Assembly: GCA_037443725.1 (NCBI GenBank)
Contig: JBBINU010000004.1
Location: 239,451 to 303,450 of the forward strand
Source of the DNA: Actinomycetota bacterium
GTDB taxonomy: Bacteria > Actinomycetota > JBBINU01
Length of the DNA stretch: 64,000 nt
Direction: 5' to 3'
In this document: piece by piece, positions 34,340-42,993 of the stretch
Numbering within the stretch: position 1 is the first letter of the stretch
How the letters are laid out: each line of letters begins with the position of its first letter
Notes under the pieces: generated by a model
What the model was told of the DNA's origin: nothing
Database searches by the model: none
The model's input: only the letters and a program-made list of their open reading frames with translations
Position numbers and translations under genes: made by a program

Positions 34340-36913
34340 TCACCTCCCGCCTGCGGCGGAGGATCGCCGCACCCCGCCTCCCCTCCCGCCCCGAGAGGCT
34401 ACGCGGGCGCGCTTCCGGACCCCTGCCCGGGCCTCCGGGAAGAGGAGGGAAAAGGTGCTGCCCTCCCCCGGCGAGGACTCCGCCTCTACCTTCCCCCCAT
34501 GGGCTTCCATTACCCTTCTAACAAAGGCCAGGCCGAGCCCGAGGCCGCCGAAGCGCCGGGTGGATGAGGGGTCCTCCTGGGTGAAGTCCCCGAAGACCTG
34601 GGGGAGGAAGGCCGGGTCCACCCCCACCCCCGAGTCGATAACGGCGAGCCGCACCCACCTTCCGTTCTCCCTCGAGGCCGAGACCTCGACCCGCACAGGC
34701 CCCCCTCCCGGGGAGTACTTCACGGCGTTGTCAAGGAGCTCCTCCAGGGCCCTTCGGGCCAGGTGCGGGTCGGCCCGGGCAGGGGGAACCCGACCCCTCC
34801 TCACCACGCTGAACTCCCGCGCGGGCTCTCTCCTCAAGAAGGAAGCCACGCATTCCTCAGCCAGGGCGGCAAGGTCTAGGGGTTCGGTCCTGGCCGCCAG
34901 GGCTCCTCCCTCCATGGCCGCAAAATCCAGCAGGATCCCCACCACCCGCTCCATTCTGGAGGCGGCCTCCCTCACCGCCTCCAGCATCTTCCTTCTCTCC
35001 TCCTCCCCTGGGTCCTTTCTCAGGATGAGATCGACAAAACCCCTAATGGGCGTGAGGGGTGTCCTGAGCTCGTGGGAGACGTTGGCGAGGAAGGCCCTCT
35101 TCATCCTCTCCGCCTCCGCCTCCCGCGTGATGTCCCTAAGGAGCACCACCTTGCCCGCCCCTTCGCCGAAGGAGGCCGCGCGGGCTGCCACAGCTTTGCC
35201 CTCCTTGCCGGCCAGGCCCAGGCAGGAGCCCGTCGAGAGGAGCACATCCCAGAGGTCCCGGCCCGAGCTGTCCTTGAGGGGGAGGACCTCCCAAGGCCTC
35301 TTCCCAAGCATCTCTCCGGAGGGAAGGCCCGCCAGGCTTTCCGCAGCTGGGTTCGCCGCCACCACCACGTTCGCCGGGTCCACAGCAAGGAAGGCATCGC
35401 TCATCCCGGCCATCATCGCTTCCAGCCTCGACCTGAGCTCGGCCTCCTGCCGGAGGGCCCTGCTCAGACCCTCTGCAGCCCCCTCCAGCTCAACGGCCAT
35501 CTCACGGAAGGCCCGGCTCAAGTCCCCGATCTCGTCGGGACGTCCCGTGTCGAACACGGGAGGGGGGCCACCCAGCCGGAAGGCCTTCACCGCCGCCGCC
35601 ATCTCCACCAGCGGGCGGGCGAGCCTCTCCCCAAGAGCGGCCCCCGCGCCTCCCACCAGAAGTACTCCCAGCAGGGCGAGGCCCGTGGAGACGCGGGCTG
35701 TCCCTGCTTCCAGCCGCTCAAGCCCGGCCTGGGGTGCGGCCAGCGCTAATGCCGCCACTATCTCGCCGTCGGGACGCGTGAGGGGAACAGCCGAGACCAC
35801 GTAACCCCGGCCAAGAATCCTCGTCCTTTCCCCTTTCTCCAGCACGGCCCGCTCGAGCTCAGCCACCCCTCTGCCCAGAAGCTCGGCGGGGGAAGAAACC
35901 CGGAGGGAGCTCGCCACCACCGCGCCCCTTCTCAGGATGGCCACCTCCACCCCAGACTCCGCCCTCACCCTCTCAGACCAGTCCCTGTCCAGCCTGATGC
36001 CGGCCGCCACTGCCCCGGCCACCCTCTCCGGCTCCCGTGTGGAGCGGACGGGGCTTGCAGCCAGCACCGCCACCCCGCCTGGAGGGAGGAGGTCCAGGCT
36101 GGAAGAGGAGACCCCGTCCAGAGCCGACCTTGCCTCCTCCGACCCGGAAAGACCCAGAGCCTCCGAAGAGGAGAGCCCCGAGGAGTCGAGGACCACCCCC
36201 CGGGAGTCCAGAAAGGCAAGGAAGTCGAGGTAGGGGAAGAGCTGGCGGCGGAACTCCTCGGCAGCGCCGGCGAGAAAACGCCCACCCGTTAGCTGGTCCT
36301 GGATGGATCGGTTCTGGGCCAGGACCAGCCCAGCCTGGCTCACCGTCGCCCTCACGAGATCCAGGCTGTTCGCCCTCGCCACGGCGAGCCCCTCTAGCCT
36401 CTCCAGCTCACCCGAGCGCAGGCGGCGGGCCAGCACCCACGTGGTGGGGAGGGCCACCGCCAGGGCGGCGCCCACCAGGGTCACGACAGCCACAACCACC
36501 GCACGCTCTCTAAGGCTCCCCGCGGAAGCCCCCCAGATCCACCACCAGAAGATGGCCCCCCCGAGGACAAGGCCCGCCTGAGCGGTTCCGGGCCGCCCGA
36601 GGAGAAGGAGGGAGGAACCCGCGAAGAGGAGAAGACCCGCGAGGAGCCCATTCTGGCGGAACCTCCGCTCCAGAGCGAAGCCGCCTACCCCAAGGAGGGA
36701 CCCCCCACCCACCGCGGCCGAGGCGACGCCCTGGGGGAGTCCGATACCGGCCGCGGCGCAGCCCAGGCCGGCCAGGCAGAGGCCCGCGGCGAGGAGGCGC
36801 CTCCCGAAGCGCCCGCCCTCCTTCCCCACCACCAGGAGCCAGGCGGCGGTGAGGCTGGCACCCGCCCCTACGAGGGAGGAAAGGACGGGGAGGACGGTCC
36901 GGAGGGACTCCAC
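34340..36913 (-). CDS. Sensor histidine kinase (multi-TM N-domain, extracytoplasmic sensor, HAMP, PAS, HisKA, HATPase_c)
   Basis: Five or six N-terminal TM helices are followed by a roughly 270-aa loop, another TM, a HAMP-like segment, a PAS domain, the H-box VSHELRTPLTPIRGFVDLIL and N/G1/G2 ATPase boxes (…GGLGLGLAFVRRVMEAHGG…). No response regulator is adjacent. Confidence 0.85.
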   Translation of the reverse strand: MESLRTVLPVLSSLVGAGASLTAAWLLVVGKEGGRFGRRLLAAGLCLAGLGCAAAGIGLPQGVASAAVGGGSLLGVGGFALERRFRQNGLLAGLLLFAGSSLLLLGRPGTAQAGLVLGGAIFWWWIWGASAGSLRERAVVVAVVTLVGAALAVALPTTWVLARRLRSGELERLEGLAVARANSLDLVRATVSQAGLVLAQNRSIQDQLTGGRFLAGAAEEFRRQLFPYLDFLAFLDSRGVVLDSSGLSSSEALGLSGSEEARSALDGVSSSSLDLLPPGGVAVLAASPVRSTREPERVAGAVAAGIRLDRDWSERVRAESGVEVAILRRGAVVASSLRVSSPAELLGRGVAELERAVLEKGERTRILGRGYVVSAVPLTRPDGEIVAALALAAPQAGLERLEAGTARVSTGLALLGVLLVGGAGAALGERLARPLVEMAAAVKAFRLGGPPPVFDTGRPDEIGDLSRAFREMAVELEGAAEGLSRALRQEAELRSRLEAMMAGMSDAFLAVDPANVVVAANPAAESLAGLPSGEMLGKRPWEVLPLKDSSGRDLWDVLLSTGSCLGLAGKEGKAVAARAASFGEGAGKVVLLRDITREAEAERMKRAFLANVSHELRTPLTPIRGFVDLILRKDPGEEERRKMLEAVREAASRMERVVGILLDFAAMEGGALAARTEPLDLAALAEECVASFLRREPAREFSVVRRGRVPPARADPHLARRALEELLDNAVKYSPGGGPVRVEVSASRENGRWVRLAVIDSGVGVDPAFLPQVFGDFTQEDPSSTRRFGGLGLGLAFVRRVMEAHGGKVEAESSPGEGSTFSLLFPEARAGVRKRARVASRGGRGGGVRRSSAAGGR

Positions 36914-37028
36914 GCAAGGATTATATGGTTCCCACCAGGCACCACATCAGCCGCCGCGGGGCCTGGACCCCGTAACCGGGGGGCGCCTCAACCCGCTTAG
37001 TAGGGCAGGTGAGACGAAAGGAGGTGAG

Positions 37029-37547
37029 ATGAGAACGACCTTCCTGGGACCCTTCCTCGCCGCCCTGCTCGGGTTCGGAGCGACCGGCAGCGCCATATTC
37101 GCCGCCTCCCACGGGGTCGGTCCCTTCAAGGCCGAGCCCGTGATCTCGGGCGAGGCCTCCGTGGGGAATGGGGCTGCCGTGGGGCAGGGTGAGAGCAGGG
37201 GAGAGGTCGCGGAGTCCACCCCCTCAGAGGAACCCGCACCCTTGGAGGGAACGGCCGAGACAGGGGAGTCCCCCGAGGTCAGACCCACCAACCACGGCTT
37301 CTACGTGTCGCAGGCGGCCAAGTGTGGTGAGGCGAGCGACGGCTCGGTCGCCTTCACCCCTCCCAGCCCGTGCGAGGGAAGGGAGAAGGGGGAGTACGTG
37401 AGCGGGGTGGCCCGGAGCGACCTCGGCAAGCCCACCCCGGCACCGGAAGTGACCCCAGGGTCGAGGGATCACGAGGAAGCTGGGGAAGAGCACGGCTCCT
37501 CCTCGAGCCAACAGGGCAAGGGGAAGGGAAAGCAGAAGGGAGAGTAG
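37029..37547 (+). CDS. Small secreted protein (signal peptide, acidic, 2 Cys), hypothetical
   Basis: The start at MRTTFLGPFLAALLGFGATGSAIFAAS (a signal peptide) is preceded by AGGAGGTGAG. The track's 36849 start adds 60 non-hydrophobic residues overlapping the HK gene. Confidence 0.5.
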   Translation: MRTTFLGPFLAALLGFGATGSAIFAASHGVGPFKAEPVISGEASVGNGAAVGQGESRGEVAESTPSEEPAPLEGTAETGESPEVRPTNHGFYVSQAAKCGEASDGSVAFTPPSPCEGREKGEYVSGVARSDLGKPTPAPEVTPGSRDHEEAGEEHGSSSSQQGKGKGKQKGE

Positions 37548-37640
37548 CGGGACAGAACCTCGGTCGGGACGGCCGCCCCACTCCCTCGACCGGAGGATCT
37601 AACCCCAGGCTAGGTGGGGAGGGAAATCTGTCCCGCAACG

Positions 37641-37668
37641 GAGGGGCAGGGTTCTGACCCTGCCCCTC
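37641..37668. terminator. Bidirectional GC-rich hairpin between convergent genes
   Basis: GAGGGGCAGGG-TTCTGA-CCCTGCCCCTC is a perfect 11-bp stem with a 6-nt loop. It lies 94 nt after the + strand gene (which ends at 37547) and ends 2 nt before the - strand gene's TGA stop (37670-37672). Confidence 0.6.
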
Positions 37669-37669
37669 C

Positions 37670-38755
37670 TCACATCCTCCCCCCCTCAGAGATGAGGAAG
37701 TCCACGGCCTCTTTCAGGCTGGAAACCCCAACCACCCTGATCCGCCGCGCTGCCTTTCTGGCTTCGGAGAGATCCTCCCGGGGAACGAGAAAGAACTCGG
37801 CACCCGAGGCCTCGGCCGCCCTCACCTTCTGCGCCACTCCTCCGACGGGGCCGACCTTCCCCTCCTCGTCGAGGGTTCCCGTCCCCGCCACCCGGTGTCC
37901 GCCCGTGAGGTCCCCCGGCGTTAGATGATCCACGATGGCCAGGGCGAAAACCAGTCCTGCCGAGGGTCCGCCTATCTCCTTTGTCTCAATGGCTACCTTG
38001 AAAGGAAGACGGTACGCCGTCTCGAGGACCGCCCCCACCATGGGCTTCCCCGCCTCCAGGGTGGACTCGATGGTCCCCACGCTGAGTTCGAGCGTCTCTC
38101 CCCCCCGCCTCACGGTGAAGCTGACTTTCTCCCCCACCCGCCTGGCCTTCACGGCCTCGCTCACCTCCCGGGGCTCCTTCACCGGTCTTCCGTCCACGGC
38201 AATAATCACGTCCCCCTCCTCAAGGACACCCCGGGCGGGGGTGTCCTTCAGCACCCGCATCACCTTCACCCCCTCCTCGGGGCGGACCTCGTAGCCGAGG
38301 AACCTCAGGGCGGCCACGGCCGCCCTCTCCTTGCTCGCCTCCATTTCCTCGAGGTTGAGCTCGTCCTGCTCTTCCTCGGAAAGACCGTGGGGGTTCACGA
38401 GAGACCTCGGCAGGAGCTCCACGGAAGGGTCGAGAGCTTTTCGGAACAGGTCCTGCACCCCCGCCACGTCGAGACGTACGGTGGTTAGCATGAGCTCGCC
38501 CTGGGGAGGATAGGATCTCGCCCCTTCCACCCTGACGAGGGGCTCCACATTCTCAGCCGGTCCCGGAGTCACCACGTAGCAGGACCCTGGGGAGATGAGG
38601 CACCCCGGCTGCCCGGCATTCCTCACCACCACCGCGCCCGCGGCGGCCACCACAAAAAGAAGCACGGCTCCGAGGAGCCTGCCCGCCCGCCGAAGTCGCC
38701 TCCGGGGCGGGGGTGGGAGAATCTCACTCGCCCCTGTTCCTTCCTGCCCCTCCAT
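37670..38755 (-). CDS. PDZ-domain plus Lon-protease-C-terminal (S16) domain protein, YlbL/SdrC-like
   Basis: An N-terminal TM helix is followed by a PDZ domain (…GDVIIAVDGRPV…) and a Lon_C-like domain with the Ser region (…GPSAGLVFALAIVD…). The start is placed at MEGQEG. The track ORF's first 59 aa are Arg-rich and unlikely to be coding. Confidence 0.8.
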   Translation of the reverse strand: MEGQEGTGASEILPPPPRRRLRRAGRLLGAVLLFVVAAAGAVVVRNAGQPGCLISPGSCYVVTPGPAENVEPLVRVEGARSYPPQGELMLTTVRLDVAGVQDLFRKALDPSVELLPRSLVNPHGLSEEEQDELNLEEMEASKERAAVAALRFLGYEVRPEEGVKVMRVLKDTPARGVLEEGDVIIAVDGRPVKEPREVSEAVKARRVGEKVSFTVRRGGETLELSVGTIESTLEAGKPMVGAVLETAYRLPFKVAIETKEIGGPSAGLVFALAIVDHLTPGDLTGGHRVAGTGTLDEEGKVGPVGGVAQKVRAAEASGAEFFLVPREDLSEARKAARRIRVVGVSSLKEAVDFLISEGGRM

Positions 38756-38980
38756 CGCCTCCAAGTCTTTCTCCGGAATCCAGCTCGGGGGCCAGCCCCG
38801 GCCCCGCGCCCGCCCGCCGCGCCCCTGTATACTCCTGCCCGTGAGCGAGTTCCTGCAAGGTGTGCTGGCTGCCGCCGCCGGGGGTGCCCTCCTCACGGCC
38901 CTGGTAGTCGCCCTCACACCCGGATCCGACAAGGGCGAGGCGGAAGGGGAAAGGGAGCACTGAGTCGGCGTCAGCCATTC

Positions 38981-40015
38981 CTACCGGCGCCGCCTCACGA
39001 TGGGCAGGACAGCAAGGAGCACCAGGGCCGCGGCCGCGCTCATGTAAACCTGGGATCGGCGAAAACTGGTCCTCCCGATGCTGATCTGCCCTGCCTTTGA
39101 CCTCGCCGCCGCCAGGAGGGCCTCGGCGTTGGAGTGCGCCGGCTCCCAGCCTGCCTGCCTGAAGCGGGAGTTCGAGATCACCCAGGGGTGCATGATGAAG
39201 TGGAGCTCGCCGGGGGGGGACTCCAGCAGCCCGATCCTGTAGAGCCTCTCGGCCAGGGCGAAGGCAACCCCTTCTGGCAGCTCGACCCTGCCCTTACCGA
39301 CCAGTTCCAGTACCTCCCTCGCCTGAAGCCAGCCATCGGGAGCCACGTTGTAGGCACCCGGTAGATCCTTTCTGATGGCCAGGTGGATCGCGCGGGCGGC
39401 ATCCTCCTCGTGCAGGAACTGCATGGGGGGGTTGTAGCCCCGGACGGTGAAGACCCTGGGCGCCTCCAGCAGGGATCTGGAGATGAAGTTCTGAACCCCC
39501 GGCCCAAAGACTATGGCGGGCCTGAGAACGGTGACCACCACTTCCGGGTGCTCCCGAGCGAAGGACTCCGCCACTCTCTCCACCTCGAGCTTCTGCCACG
39601 CGTAGGGAAAGTCCCGATTGGCGCGGAGGGGAGACTCCTCCGTGAGGGGGACCGGATTGTCGGGGTGGGCCCCGTAGACGGTGGCGCTGGAGAGGATGAC
39701 GAGCTTTCTAACCCCAGCCCTCTCCGCGGCGCGCAGCAAGTTCTCCGTTCCCCCGACATTCACCGAACGCATGAGTTCCTCGTCACGAATGGGGTCGAGG
39801 ATGAAAGCGAGATGCACCACGGTGTCGAGACCCTCCAAGAGTCTGTAGAGGAGGACATCCCTTACGTCCAGACGGTGAAACTCAAGCTTGAGGGAGAAGG
39901 GCGGGTCCCTGAGGTCCACGCCCACCACCTTCTCCACCTGGGGATCGGAGTCGAGAAGGGGGAGGAGAGCCCGGCCGAGATACCCGGAGACCCCGGTCAC
40001 TCCTATCCTCGCCAC
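38981..40015 (-). CDS. NAD-dependent epimerase/dehydratase-family protein
   Basis: It has an N-terminal Rossmann motif (IGVTGVSGYLGRAL) and a YxxxK-type region, with extended-SDR architecture. A C-terminal hydrophobic segment is also present. Confidence 0.8.
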   Translation of the reverse strand: MARIGVTGVSGYLGRALLPLLDSDPQVEKVVGVDLRDPPFSLKLEFHRLDVRDVLLYRLLEGLDTVVHLAFILDPIRDEELMRSVNVGGTENLLRAAERAGVRKLVILSSATVYGAHPDNPVPLTEESPLRANRDFPYAWQKLEVERVAESFAREHPEVVVTVLRPAIVFGPGVQNFISRSLLEAPRVFTVRGYNPPMQFLHEEDAARAIHLAIRKDLPGAYNVAPDGWLQAREVLELVGKGRVELPEGVAFALAERLYRIGLLESPPGELHFIMHPWVISNSRFRQAGWEPAHSNAEALLAAARSKAGQISIGRTSFRRSQVYMSAAAALVLLAVLPIVRRRR

Positions 40016-40107
40016 GGCCGAATAGTAACCCAGAGGAACAGGCCGCCCGGGTCTGGGGTACGGGCAGTCCGAGTTTCCCCCCTCCCCGGAGGCGTAGAAT
40101 CAGCCCC

Positions 40108-41247
40108 GTGGAGCCGGCTTCCTTTCCCGAGCTGCCCCCCGAGGTCATGGCGAGGATCCCCCTCTTCAGGGAGATCCAGAGGGTCCTTGCATGGACGGGA
40201 GGGCCCGTCAACTGGGAGCTAGCGAGGCAGGTCGCGGTCGCTGTGGCTGCGTCCAGTGGAGACGCCTCCCCCTCCGAGCGGGAGCTCGCGGCCTTCCGGG
40301 AGCTGGCCGCCCTGGCTGAGGCCTGGGTCCAGGAGGCCACCGGGCTGGAGGCTCCCCCCGCTCCCGCTTTCCTCTTCTCCCGCTCGGACTGGGCCGAGGC
40401 AGCCATCGGCCCCTTCTCCAAGCTGCTCGAGCCCCTGTTTGAAAGGCTCTCCTTCTTTCTCAAGGAAGATGCCGAGGGACCCCTTGCGGGGGCCGTGGAA
40501 AGGCTGCTGCCGGTGGTCCTCGGCGTGCAGGCCGGAGCCGTCCTCGGCCACCTCGCCCGGGAGGTCCTCGACCCTCTCCTCCTCCCGATCCTCCCTCCCC
40601 GGCTCGGAAGGATAGGCGCCGTCCTGCCCAACCTGAGGGAGGCCGAGAGGGGGTACGGTCTTCAGAAAGAGGAGTTCCATCTCCGCCTTCTCCTGTCGAC
40701 CTCGACGAGAAGGGCATTCCTCGAGGGAGCTGGGTGGGCCGGCGAGCACCTGGCCCGGCTCTTCGCCGACCACGTGCGGGAGATGACCTTCGAGCTCTCC
40801 GAGGCTGCGAGGAACCTGATGGAGACGGATCCGAGAGATCTGGATGCCCTCCAGAGGGCCCTCTCGGGAGCGGCAGGGCCCATCGGCCTGGTGGCCGTAG
40901 CCGGGGAGGGGCTTCCGCCCTTAAGGTGGTTTCTTCTGCTTCTCCACGCCTCCGCGGAGAGGGTGGCGGAGGAGGTGGCGCGGGCGAGGATGGGAGGGGC
41001 GGCCAGGTCCGGGGAGGCCCTCAGGAGGATAAGCCTGGAGCCGGGCGAGGGAACAAGGCTCCTCGTTGAGATAGCCGGGTACCGCATCGAGCCCCAGCAC
41101 CGCGCGAGAGCCGAGGCCTTCTCGGCACGGCTGGCCGAGGAAGGGGGAACCCCTCTCCTCGGGAAGCTCTGGGCATCCCCGGCCAATCTCCCGACTCCGG
41201 AAGAGCTCGCGGACCCTCTGGCCTGGGTGGCCAGGGTGGGAAGATGA
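40108..41247 (+). CDS. DUF2342-family putative zinc-dependent metalloprotease/hydrolase
   Basis: The N-terminal 'NWELARQVA' motif and the overall pattern resemble the actinobacterial DUF2342 family. This family is often annotated as F420-biosynthesis-associated; that link is recalled from annotations, not shown here. Confidence 0.65.
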   Translation: MEPASFPELPPEVMARIPLFREIQRVLAWTGGPVNWELARQVAVAVAASSGDASPSERELAAFRELAALAEAWVQEATGLEAPPAPAFLFSRSDWAEAAIGPFSKLLEPLFERLSFFLKEDAEGPLAGAVERLLPVVLGVQAGAVLGHLAREVLDPLLLPILPPRLGRIGAVLPNLREAERGYGLQKEEFHLRLLLSTSTRRAFLEGAGWAGEHLARLFADHVREMTFELSEAARNLMETDPRDLDALQRALSGAAGPIGLVAVAGEGLPPLRWFLLLLHASAERVAEEVARARMGGAARSGEALRRISLEPGEGTRLLVEIAGYRIEPQHRARAEAFSARLAEEGGTPLLGKLWASPANLPTPEELADPLAWVARVGR

Positions 41248-42008
41248 GGCTCCCGCGCCTTCCGCTACCGGGCCGGCCCCTGGTGGGGACGTGCGGGTTC
41301 CCCAGGGCGAGGAAGCAGGTGTTCTCAGCCCTCTCCCTGGTCGAGGTGGAGCAGACCTTCTACGAGCCCCCTCCCTCCGCCACCCTCGAGCGCTGGAGGC
41401 AGGAGGCACCCCCCGGCTTCTCCTTCACCCTCAAGGCCTGGCAGATCCTCACCCACCCTGCATCAAGCCCCACCTACAAGCGGACGCGTTCTCCCCTGCC
41501 CGAAGGCGAGGTGGGGCACTTCGCCCCCGGTCCTGCCACGGAGATGGCATGGGAGAGGACCTTGGAGGCCGCCCGGGCCCTCCAGGCGGATCTCGTGCTC
41601 ATCCAGACCCCCCCTTCCTTCGGACCCGAGAAGGCCTCACGCCTCAAGGCCTTCGCCCTTAAGGCGCCGAGAGGGGGGTTCCTCCTGGCCTGGGAGTGGC
41701 GGGGAAGGTGGGACGAGGCGGAGGCCCTCGCCCTCTGCGGGGAACTCGAGCTCGTGCCGGCTCTCGACCCCTTCGCCAGGCAAGGACTCCCCGCGGCGGA
41801 ACTCCTCTACCTCAGACTGCATGGAGGGCCGGGTTACAGAAACAGGTTCACCCGAGAGGAGCTCTCCTGGCTCGCGGCGCAGCTGGAGGGGAGGCGGGCA
41901 TGGGTCCTCTTCAACAACGTCTCCATGTGGGAAGATGCCCTCGCCTTCACCGAACTCCTGGGGGGCGGATCGGCCGGAGCGCGGGAGGGAACGGCAGAAG
42001 GAGGTTGA
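41244..42008 (+). CDS. DUF72-family protein
   Basis: The 'VGTCGFP…SLVEVEQTFY' N-terminus resembles the DUF72 (UPF0759) signature. Its start overlaps the upstream stop (ATGA). Confidence 0.75.
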   Translation: MRLPRLPLPGRPLVGTCGFPRARKQVFSALSLVEVEQTFYEPPPSATLERWRQEAPPGFSFTLKAWQILTHPASSPTYKRTRSPLPEGEVGHFAPGPATEMAWERTLEAARALQADLVLIQTPPSFGPEKASRLKAFALKAPRGGFLLAWEWRGRWDEAEALALCGELELVPALDPFARQGLPAAELLYLRLHGGPGYRNRFTREELSWLAAQLEGRRAWVLFNNVSMWEDALAFTELLGGGSAGAREGTAEGG

Positions 42009-42009
42009 G

Positions 42010-42963
42010 ATGGCGGTTCCGTGGTCCAAGACGGTCTGGCTGAACGGAGAAGTGGTCTCGGCTGAGGAGGCCAGTGTGAGCGCCCTGGACCGAGCCCTTC
42101 ACTTCGGCGACGGCCTCTTCGAGACAGTCCGCGCGTACTCGGGTGTGATCTTCGCCCTCGAAGAGCACCTGGCCAGGCTGAAGGCCGGCGCGCGGGCGAT
42201 GCGGCTTCCCCTCCCTCCCGACGAGACCATAAAAGAGGCCCTCTACGGCGTTCTCGAGGCGAACGGCCTGGAGGACGGGGTCGCCCGGGTCACCATCACC
42301 CCGGGACCCGAGTGGGAGGGCTCGAGGACGGGACCGCCCAATGTGGTGGCTGTGGCCTGGCCGCTCCCGAGGCCCGAGGAGCTGGGGGCGAGGGGGGCAA
42401 GGGCTGTCCTCCTTCCCTGGGCTCGCTTCGGAGGCCCCGCCATCCCGTGGGTGAAGACCACCTCCCGCGCAGCCCACGTCCTCGGGGACAAGTACTTCCG
42501 AGCCCGCCGCGCGCATGAGGGGATCTTCGTCGCCCCCGACGGCACCGTAAGGGAGGGAACCACCTCCAACGTCTTCGTGGTGAAGGGAGACCGACTACTC
42601 ACCCCCCTTCTCCCCTTTGTCCTGCGGGGTGTGACACGGGACGTGGTCCTGACCTTGGCGGGGAAGGTGGGGCTCCGCGGAGAGGAGGCCAGGGTGAAAC
42701 TGGAAACCCTTTTCGCGGCCGACGAAGCCGCCCTCACCTCCACCATCAGGGAGGTTGTTCCCCTTGTCAAGGTGGAAGGGAGAGCCGTGGGCTCGGGCAA
42801 GCCAGGACCGAAGGTGGCAGCGCTGGCTGAGGCCTTCCGGGAGTACGTGAGGGAGTACGTCCTCCTCTGGAGAGCTATGCGCGAGGCCGGCCTCGAGGCT
42901 GAGGCCTTCCGGGAGTACGTGAGGGAGTACGTGGCCCGCGAAAAAGCGAAGGCGAAACGGTAA
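42010..42963 (+). CDS. Class IV aminotransferase (branched-chain aminotransferase / aminodeoxychorismate-lyase-like)
   Basis: The start at MAVPW is preceded by GGAGG. Fold-type IV PLP motifs are present (…LHFGDGLFETVRAY…, …EGTTSNVFVVKGDRLLTP…). The C-terminal 45 aa contain a duplicated AEAFREYVREYV segment. Confidence 0.8.
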   Translation: MAVPWSKTVWLNGEVVSAEEASVSALDRALHFGDGLFETVRAYSGVIFALEEHLARLKAGARAMRLPLPPDETIKEALYGVLEANGLEDGVARVTITPGPEWEGSRTGPPNVVAVAWPLPRPEELGARGARAVLLPWARFGGPAIPWVKTTSRAAHVLGDKYFRARRAHEGIFVAPDGTVREGTTSNVFVVKGDRLLTPLLPFVLRGVTRDVVLTLAGKVGLRGEEARVKLETLFAADEAALTSTIREVVPLVKVEGRAVGSGKPGPKVAALAEAFREYVREYVLLWRAMREAGLEAEAFREYVREYVAREKAKAKR

Positions 42964-42993
42964 TAACCACCCGCTCGCAGCTCCCTGCCTGGG

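Noticed and set aside
36849-37028. A 60-codon N-terminal extension of the small secreted protein ORF, overlapping the histidine kinase start on the opposite strand.
   Set aside because: The extension is hydrophilic and Arg-rich. A canonical signal peptide with an AGGAGG RBS begins at the internal Met at 37029, so the shorter form is preferred.
42826-42932. The direct repeats considered as a CRISPR array or other mobile repeat.
   Set aside because: There are only two copies, they are in frame inside a coding sequence, and there are no cas genes or leader. It is kept as a coding-repeat curiosity only.
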